Origin: Candidatus Binatia bacterium
Lineage (GTDB): Bacteria; Acidobacteriota; Terriglobia; Terriglobales; Acidobacteriaceae
NCBI GenBank assembly: GCA_035538435.1
Contig: DATLKM010000222.1
Coordinates: 16,319-80,318 of the forward strand
Reading direction: 5' to 3'
Length of the DNA: 64,000 bases
Positions 58,389-64,000 of the stretch are shown piece by piece (position 1 is the stretch's first letter; each line of letters begins with the position of its first letter). The position numbers and the translations under genes were made by a program. The notes below the pieces were generated by a model that was given only the letters and a program-made list of their open reading frames with translations, searched no databases and was not told the DNA's origin.

Positions 58389-58520
58389 TCAAGTCAGGGT
58401 GGCCTGGTTGGCATAATGCGGCGTTGCGCACGGATCGATAACGATGATTTCGTGGGGAATCGCGTCGGTAATCCTGCGAAACTCGCGTTCATCCTCTCGC
58501 AGTTTTTCCTCAGGGCGGTT
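58389..58520 (-). pseudogene. fragment of a PAS-domain sensor gene
   Basis: A stop-to-stop frame without a start codon reads NRPEEKLREDEREFRRITDAIPHEIIVIDPCATPHYANQATLT*. This is a typical coiled-coil/PAS entry, as in the sigma-54 activator at 62.3-63.8 kb. Confidence 0.4.
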
Positions 58521-58908
58521 TCAACCCTCGCACCCATGCAAACGAATTCCGCGATAGTATCTCGCTCCGAAGAATTTCGCAATGAATGAACCTTTCGGGG
58601 TGGTGGCTTAAATGACGTGGCATAAAACAAACGCAGTAGAATCGGCCCATGAGTAAGAAAGAGTCGGGCGACCGATTCCTCAACCAGGCGATGGAGAACC
58701 TCCGTCAGCTGCACGGGAAGCCCGACAGAGCGAGGAACAGGAAAGCCGCTATCAGCCCCTCTCGAAGGAAGAGTGGGACGCGGTAGCGGACGATCTGAAA
58801 GAGTATCTTCGGATCACCGAGAAGTATCGCCGCTACGAAAAACTGGTCAATGCGCAGACGGAGAGCGTTCCCAAGAACCCAACGATTTTCGGAGCCGTAA
58901 TGGGAAGG

Positions 58909-59355
58909 TCAGCGATTCGTATCCGAATCTTCGTATATTTTATTTGGATCGGGCCGCAGAATCGGATGACCATTCCCACAGCGAATCGCGCTCAGGTTCC
59001 AAGCGGGCAGCTCGTTTTCGGCGATTTCCAGACGACTTGTTCCAGCGGGTCGAACGGCTATCAACTCAACCAAGGCTTCGTCGCATTCTTCTTCGTGATC
59101 GTAGTGATCGCATCCGGCAATAATTGAAAGCCACGTCTGAGCTCTGGTTTGGGAGCCTTCGAGAATCGCTGCCTGCCTTACCCGCTGCTGATAGTCGTAC
59201 CGAAAGGCAGCCTTACATCTTCGGCATACAAACACTAGAAAAGGTTCCCCCGTCTGTGGGAGTCGCCGAGCTTGAACTATTTCTTTCAGGCTGGTTTCTA
59301 GTAGATCAGTGGTAAGCCCGCACGCCGGACAGTAAATGCGACACAGAAAATCCAT
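58909..59355 (-). CDS. Cys-motif (zinc-ribbon-like) hypothetical protein (148 aa)
   Basis: MDFLCRIYCPACGLTTD...FVCRRCKAAFRYDY...IRCGNGHPI. Confidence 0.45.
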   Translation of the reverse strand: MDFLCRIYCPACGLTTDLLETSLKEIVQARRLPQTGEPFLVFVCRRCKAAFRYDYQQRVRQAAILEGSQTRAQTWLSIIAGCDHYDHEEECDEALVELIAVRPAGTSRLEIAENELPAWNLSAIRCGNGHPILRPDPNKIYEDSDTNR

Positions 59356-59367
59356 GGGCCGCCAATT

Positions 59368-59613
59368 CTACGCCGCCTGAAGTAACTCAGCAATCGACCA
59401 CACGTGATCGGCCAACTCCGATTCCATCGCTGGAGTGACCCGCAGGGACGAATGAACACGGCAGAAATTCTAGTACGCGAAATGCAACGCTGGGGCGGCT
59501 TTCAGATGCGAAAGTTTCTTACTAAATCCAAGCGTGAGCCGCGTGAACCGGCGCATCTGTTGGCGCATGGTCAGGTTCTGTCTTTCGACAAAGTGGTAGA
59601 GGTGTGATCGGGG
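59368..59613 (-). pseudogene. C-terminal fragment of a DDE transposase (IS1-like as annotated in my memory), with in-frame TAG
   Basis: HLYHFVERQNLTMRQQMRRFTRLTLGFSKKLSHLKAAPALHFAY*NFCRVHSSLRVTPAMESELADHVWSIAELLQAA*. TAG at 59470-59472 replaces the expected Tyr. The catalytic core is missing. Confidence 0.55.
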
Positions 59614-59758
59614 TCAGAATCGCCGCTTCGGACAGTGGATAACGCGACAAAAAACTGGCCCAGATCGCCAGAACGGAAGATCGAACGCAGTGAGCACTAC
59701 GAAGTCCTACCACGCAGAGAACGAGGCCTCGGCCTGGTTCTTACGATGCGTCGCAGAA

Positions 59759-60001
59759 TCAATTATCAGGCGAAGGAGTTCTGTCATCGACCACGAGAGG
59801 AACGTAGCAGTCTTCGTGAACTGGCTGACCGCGACTGTTGATCTTGGCGGTTTCAAGTTCTACAGGTCTGTGGCAGATCGCGCAGACGGGCGTGGATACC
59901 AAACTGGCGGGCATTATGGCCTCCCGTAGAGTCATCAGATCGCACATGAAACCGAAGCCCCTTCTGAGCGCGGCGGAAGGATGTGAAAGGTGACCCAACA
60001 A
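59759..60001 (-). CDS. small CxxC protein
   Basis: ...PVCAICHRPVELETAKINSRGQPVHEDCYVPLVV. The likely start is an internal Met (MCDLMTL or MTLREA). Confidence 0.3.
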   Translation of the reverse strand: MLGHLSHPSAALRRGFGFMCDLMTLREAIMPASLVSTPVCAICHRPVELETAKINSRGQPVHEDCYVPLVVDDRTPSPDN

Positions 60002-60084
60002 TCCTATGCCCGGCGCGGCATCATAGCAAATGCGAGTCCGAAAGCAAGAGTCATGCCACAGTGTTTGAGACAGTAGCCATTTCG

Positions 60085-60113
60085 GGTAGTGTCCTAAGTC
60101 TTAGGACACTACC
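60085..60113. repeat. perfect 29-bp palindrome GGTAGTGTCCTAAG-T-CTTAGGACACTACC
   Basis: Read directly. The two 14-nt arms are exact reverse complements. The right-arm 14-mer CTTAGGACACTACC recurs at 48888-48901. Confidence 0.9.
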
Positions 60114-60504
60114 GCATTTCGTCGGGGGACGTGGCGTTGACACGCGGCTATGGAGCGTAGAAGATTTGGTCGTCTTTGGGAAGCCTAGGAACAGCGGAGG
60201 GCGGGAAAAAGTGGCGTCATGGATGATTCAGGCCGCAACGCAAGAGCACGATTGTGGTTCTCGCTACGTTCGGCGATAAACTCCAGAAACCAGTTCACAA
60301 AGGGTGCTTCGCCGCCTCAATTATTTCCATGTTGTCCTGCCTTGTTTACATCTTTCATTTTTCTGTGGTCTCAGACTCTCGCTGGCTGAATTTCAAAACA
60401 AGTTGAAAAGACGCCCCCCCCTTTTTTCATATACGGCGTTTACAGTATTTCAGCGTACTGTTCGATACCGTACCCTTACTTGAAAATTCCGCATCCAAGT
60501 TCCT

Positions 60505-60681
60505 GTGACAGATGAAATTAAAGCGCTGAGTGCGAAACTTGCCCAATGCAAGGATGAAGCCGAAGCCCTTGTTCTCGCCCGTCAGCTTCGGACCTTACTA
60601 CATACGCACATCGAAGAACTACGGCGAGAAGTCGCGTCCGGTCTAGGCAAACGCACCATTGACGATATGGCTGCGGACTAG
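60505..60681 (+). CDS. small helical protein (58 aa, GTG start, below ORF-track cutoff)
   Basis: VTDEIKALSAKLAQCKDEAEALVLARQLRTLLHTHIEELRREVASGLGKRTIDDMAAD. Followed by a hairpin plus T-tract. Confidence 0.3.
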   Translation: MTDEIKALSAKLAQCKDEAEALVLARQLRTLLHTHIEELRREVASGLGKRTIDDMAAD

Positions 60682-60731
60682 CATGTGTATCATTCTCCGA
60701 CATACGCTTCTTCGACTCTCTTTAAGAGCGA

Positions 60732-60760
60732 CCCCGGATCTGTGAGACCGGGGCTTTTTT
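60732..60760 (+). terminator. rho-independent terminator-like hairpin
   Basis: CCCCGG-atctgtgaga-CCGGGG followed by cTTTTTT. Confidence 0.6.
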
Positions 60761-60790
60761 CTTGCTACAATTTGCGCCATCGAGGAAGCC

Positions 60791-60982
60791 ATGGGAATGA
60801 CTTGGAGAGACTGGCCGACAGATAGTCTCAAAATCACGGAAATGGAGCAAGTGCTTGAAGGTTTGAGACGGCTCCGTGACGGTCACATTGCATTCCCGGA
60901 TTCCGTTGTTCGCGCTATCGACGAGGCAATTACAGAAACGGAAACACGGCTTGCGCTTCTGAAAAATGCAACGGTGGACTAG
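60791..60982 (+). CDS. small hypothetical protein (63 aa)
   Basis: MGMTWRDWPTDSLKITEMEQVLEGLRRLRDGHIAFPDSVVRAIDEAITETETRLALLKNATVD. Balanced, helical-looking composition. Confidence 0.3.
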   Translation: MGMTWRDWPTDSLKITEMEQVLEGLRRLRDGHIAFPDSVVRAIDEAITETETRLALLKNATVD

Positions 60983-61350
60983 GCGTTCTCACCAGGGCGG
61001 GGCAAAAAAAACGGCGAAACTTCCAGAATCGACGGCCCCGCCAGCGTCGGGATAAAAGGGGGTCAACGACCCTCTGGCGAGGATGCACGGGATCTATCGG
61101 GCCGCTCGCTTTCGGACACAACCTTTGCCACGTAGCACCGTTCGTGAACCGGCAAGCCGTTCTCATCAATCCTTGCAGTTTTCGAGGGTTACGGCTTGAC
61201 CACAAATCCAACAAGTCTTGGGATTCTTGTCCGTCGACATCTTTCACCCCGTGGGGCGAGGCGAAACTTCTTGCACTAAATCTTAGCAAAATAGCCGGCA
61301 AAAATCATCCGGCGCGCCAACTCAAAAGACGGCCCTAGACCGCGAATTCT

Positions 61351-62004
61351 CTACCGGCGAACGCCCGGTGCACCGACCGCCAACGTTCCCAGACCGCCCT
61401 CATCTCCGGCCCGTATTGCTTTACCGGGTTCAGTCTCGTAGGCGTACCCCTCGATGCGTGCTAAGCATCCGAGGCAGAAAAAATTGTTCACGCTGAGGCG
61501 CGCCCAACCGAAGTGAATTTTCCCATTGATGACGAACGCGAGGCCCAAGTAATGGTCTTGGACGCCGACCCACGGGCCGTATTTACCGCTGTATCCGTTT
61601 ATCAGGCAAGTTGAGGCACGATTCATGGGGGTGTCGGGGCCGATTGCCGCGCCAGCAGGGAGAGGGGCCGCGTTCCTCAGTCGATTTGGGAAGCACGGTT
61701 TTTTCGATGTGCCCGCGACGCGATTGCCGTTCGCAATGGGCTTTACCGATACCGACGCAAAGCCACTGATGTAAGAGCTACGGATGCGAAAGTCGAGGGT
61801 GCCGTCTTGGTTAAGGTCAAGCGCATAGTCGAAGCCGATGTTGGAGTGGACGGGCGTATAGACGATCTCGGCTTGCATTTGATGAGGCGCGCACATGGCT
61901 CCCGCACCGGCAAAGCTGGCATAGGCAAGGAGCCGCTTTGCTAGCGACGGATTGAGTGCCTTAGCTTGTCCCCCCGCATCTCTCTGTTCGCGGGTTGTTT
62001 TCAT
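61351..62004 (-). CDS. secreted hypothetical protein
   Basis: Signal-like LLAYASFAGAGAMC. DLNQDGTLDFRI and HYLGLAFVINGKIHFGWARLSV are typical of surface proteins of unknown function. Confidence 0.6.
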   Translation of the reverse strand: MKTTREQRDAGGQAKALNPSLAKRLLAYASFAGAGAMCAPHQMQAEIVYTPVHSNIGFDYALDLNQDGTLDFRIRSSYISGFASVSVKPIANGNRVAGTSKKPCFPNRLRNAAPLPAGAAIGPDTPMNRASTCLINGYSGKYGPWVGVQDHYLGLAFVINGKIHFGWARLSVNNFFCLGCLARIEGYAYETEPGKAIRAGDEGGLGTLAVGAPGVRR

Positions 62005-62322
62005 CGCTCACATGGTAGGCACGGTTGGGAAAGACGGTCAAGAGCCTTTTGCCTCTGGACGAGCCTTACGCTTCGCATTCCCGGGCGCGATGATCGTGCA
62101 ACTACAACTGCACCACAAACTATAACGAGATGGACTGCCCTAATAACTCTAGCCCCCAGGCGGAGATTTTTTACGCGCAGATTCCTTCCGCCAACTCTCC
62201 GCCGCGCTACAGTCCCCGCCGGTGTTCGTGATGTGTGTAATGGACAATCAAGTCTCTTCGCTTGAGTGTTCTTTGGCGACAGTGCTCGGGTCTTCGTCAC
62301 CCCGCAATCAGCAAACTTTCAA

Positions 62323-63834
62323 TCAAGTTCCAGTTTCTCGATTAAGTTTCAGAGCCTTGATGCGGGAGGCAAGTGTCGTGGGCTTCATGCCGAGCAATTC
62401 TGCAGCGCCATCCGATCCGAAGATCTTGCCCTTGGTTTGCTTGAGCGCGGCGGCAATGCTCTCCCGTTCCTGCCGCTTCAATTCGTCGCGTGTTATTAGC
62501 GCAGGCTTCGAAACCAGGCGGGTAGATGCGGGAGAAGTGGCAATTAGATTCGTCGCCGCCACATCGAAGAGCAAAGGGCCGCCTCGGGAAAGAATGAGTC
62601 CCCGCTCGATCGTGTTTTGAAGTTCACGCACGTTACCGGGCCAGTCGTAGGCAACGAGTCGGTCCATCGCACCCTGTGACATTGTCGGAACCGGACGATT
62701 CAACTTTCTGGCGCTTTGCGCAATGAAATGTCGCACCAAAGGAGGAATGTCTTCATGTCGTGTGCGCAAGGGTGGGACTTCAACCGGAAAAACGCTTAAG
62801 CGATAGAAAAGATCCTGGCGGAAGCGTCCGGCATCAACCTCTTTCTTCAGATCACGATTGGTTGCAGCGATAATACGCACATTCACTTTACGTGTACGTG
62901 TGTCGCCTACTCGCTCCAGTTCTTGCTCCTGCAAAACACGCAACAGCTTCGCTTGCATCGCAATGGGCACTTCGCCGATTTCGTCAAGAAACAATGTGCC
63001 GCCATCGGCCAGTTCAAAACGGCCTGGCTTGTCTTTGAGGGCTCCGGTGAATGCACCCCTTACGTGACCGAAGAATTCGCTCTCGAACAGACTTTCGGGC
63101 ACCGCACTGCAATTCAGCTTTATGAGAGCTCGATTCTTGCGCAGGCTGTGGTCGTGAACAGCGCAGGCGACAAGTTCTTTACCCGTTCCACTTTCTCCGC
63201 TAATCAGCACTGAAACATCCGTCGGCGCAGCAAGCTGAATTTGCTGCTTCACCTTTTGAAGACCGGGACTCTCCCCAATAAGGTCACCGAAGTTGTGTTG
63301 GCTGCGCATTTCTTCCACTAGGTAGGCGTTCTGATCTTGGAGCCGGATCTGTTCCTGCTCCATCAATACGCGGTCGGTGATGTCAATAAACATGGTTCGG
63401 GTGTAGTCACCGCCAGCGGCCGGCCTGGACCACCATTGCACCCACACCGGTTCGCCGTTGTCCCTGCGGCGCAGTTCGAGCACGACGCCGGCCGTGTCGG
63501 TGCCGTGACCGATTGACTCGAGCGCCTCATGCACACGGCGTCGAGCATCGGGCGTATCGGGTACCAGAGACTCGCCAAACGTCCCAGCAACCTCTTCTGG
63601 CTTAAGACCGAGAATCCTCATGGCGGCGCGATTGGCCTGGATAATGCGCGAGTCCAGACCCTCGTGAACATAGGCTATGGGGGCCTCGTCGAAAAGGTCA
63701 CGGAAACGTTCCTCACTCCGCCGGAGCGCGTCCTTTGCCTGACGCAACTCCTCTGTCAAGCTTTGTCTTGCTTGCTCGGTAAGCTTGTCTGCCTCTAATT
63801 GCTGATCTTTCTTCTTGGGCCGAATAGCGTTCAT
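62323..63834 (-). CDS. PAS-domain sigma-54-dependent transcriptional activator (bEBP, Fis-type HTH)
   Basis: PAS entry [24 protein letters not shown]+ motifs [18 protein letters not shown] and [11 protein letters not shown]-terminal [24 protein letters not shown]. Confidence 0.9.
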   Translation of the reverse strand: MNAIRPKKKDQQLEADKLTEQARQSLTEELRQAKDALRRSEERFRDLFDEAPIAYVHEGLDSRIIQANRAAMRILGLKPEEVAGTFGESLVPDTPDARRRVHEALESIGHGTDTAGVVLELRRRDNGEPVWVQWWSRPAAGGDYTRTMFIDITDRVLMEQEQIRLQDQNAYLVEEMRSQHNFGDLIGESPGLQKVKQQIQLAAPTDVSVLISGESGTGKELVACAVHDHSLRKNRALIKLNCSAVPESLFESEFFGHVRGAFTGALKDKPGRFELADGGTLFLDEIGEVPIAMQAKLLRVLQEQELERVGDTRTRKVNVRIIAATNRDLKKEVDAGRFRQDLFYRLSVFPVEVPPLRTRHEDIPPLVRHFIAQSARKLNRPVPTMSQGAMDRLVAYDWPGNVRELQNTIERGLILSRGGPLLFDVAATNLIATSPASTRLVSKPALITRDELKRQERESIAAALKQTKGKIFGSDGAAELLGMKPTTLASRIKALKLNRETGT

Positions 63835-63855
63835 TTTGAAACCCGGGAAAGGTTA

Positions 63856-63910
63856 CTACGATTTATCGTAGAACACAACACGATAACTCGTAGCCTACGA
63901 TTACTCGTAG
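63856..63910. promoter_or_regulatory. three tandem palindromic sites (CTACGA-N4-TCGTAG) upstream of the sigma-54 activator gene
   Basis: CTACGATTTATCGTAG (63856-63871), CACGATAACTCGTAG (63879-63893) and CTACGATTACTCGTAG (63895-63910). Confidence 0.5.
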
Positions 63911-64000
63911 TTCAGCGACAGTCGAAGCAAATCCCGACTGTCCGTTTTTTATCAATAACTTGAACAACCTCTTAATTTTGGTATTAAACGTGAACCCTGA

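Larger units (their letters stand above)
30702..64000. mobile_element. tmRNA-associated mosaic genomic island / accessory region (right boundary not found in window)
   Basis: Integrase abuts the tmRNA 3' end. Composition is visibly more AT-rich than 1-30 kb. Contains two serine recombinases, three IS remnants and several truncated gene fragments. No attR copy of the tmRNA 3' end was found. Confidence 0.45.

Noticed and set aside
1-64000. Scan for CRISPR arrays, rRNA, tRNA genes and retron/group II intron-like elements.
   Set aside because: No regularly spaced direct repeats, no rRNA-like conserved blocks, no cloverleaf candidates other than the tmRNA, and no reverse-transcriptase-like ORF were seen by eye. 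A computational scan (tRNAscan, Infernal, CRISPR finders) would be needed to be certain.

Overview
This 64-kb window comes from a high-GC chromosome that looks like Acidobacteriota. That assignment is an inference from gene families: carboxypeptidase-regulatory-like TonB receptors, a CRTAC1/ASPIC FG-GAP protein, GloVer-repeat debris and a two-gene egtBD cluster. A tmRNA gene (ssrA, 30315-30701) splits the window into two parts.

Left part (1-30.3 kb) is tightly packed core-type genes:
- TonB-like protein, metallophosphoesterases and a TonB-dependent receptor.
- Ergothioneine genes egtB-egtD directly downstream of an Opu-type quaternary-amine ABC transporter.
- An RND efflux operon whose pump gene carries an in-frame TAA.
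- HAD hydrolase, LysE exporter, bshC and an MscS channel.
- A multicopper oxidase with its copper motifs in permuted order.
- A vapBC-like pair next to the tmRNA.

Right part (30.7-64 kb) is visibly more AT-rich by eye and behaves like a mosaic genomic island:
- It opens with a tyrosine integrase 90 bp after the tmRNA 3' end, followed by two divergent paralogous large serine recombinases.
- It contains at least three IS remnants and several truncated gene fragments (OMF, GloVer, TPP enzyme, ester cyclase, PAS).
- It also holds small Cys-motif ORFs, a LysR-controlled detox-like operon, a Sel1-repeat protein and a PAS/sigma-54 activator with three palindromic sites upstream.

The most unusual element is a three-gene envelope module (38401-43062). 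Its 1130-aa product has secretin-like N-domains and a secretin-like core, split by a Ser/Gly/Thr linker and a roughly 290-aa insertion. No known secretion or pilus machinery lies nearby.

All calls rest on manual translation and motif recognition. No database or structure searches were run, so family names are hypotheses of varying strength. No rRNA, tRNA or CRISPR array was seen.
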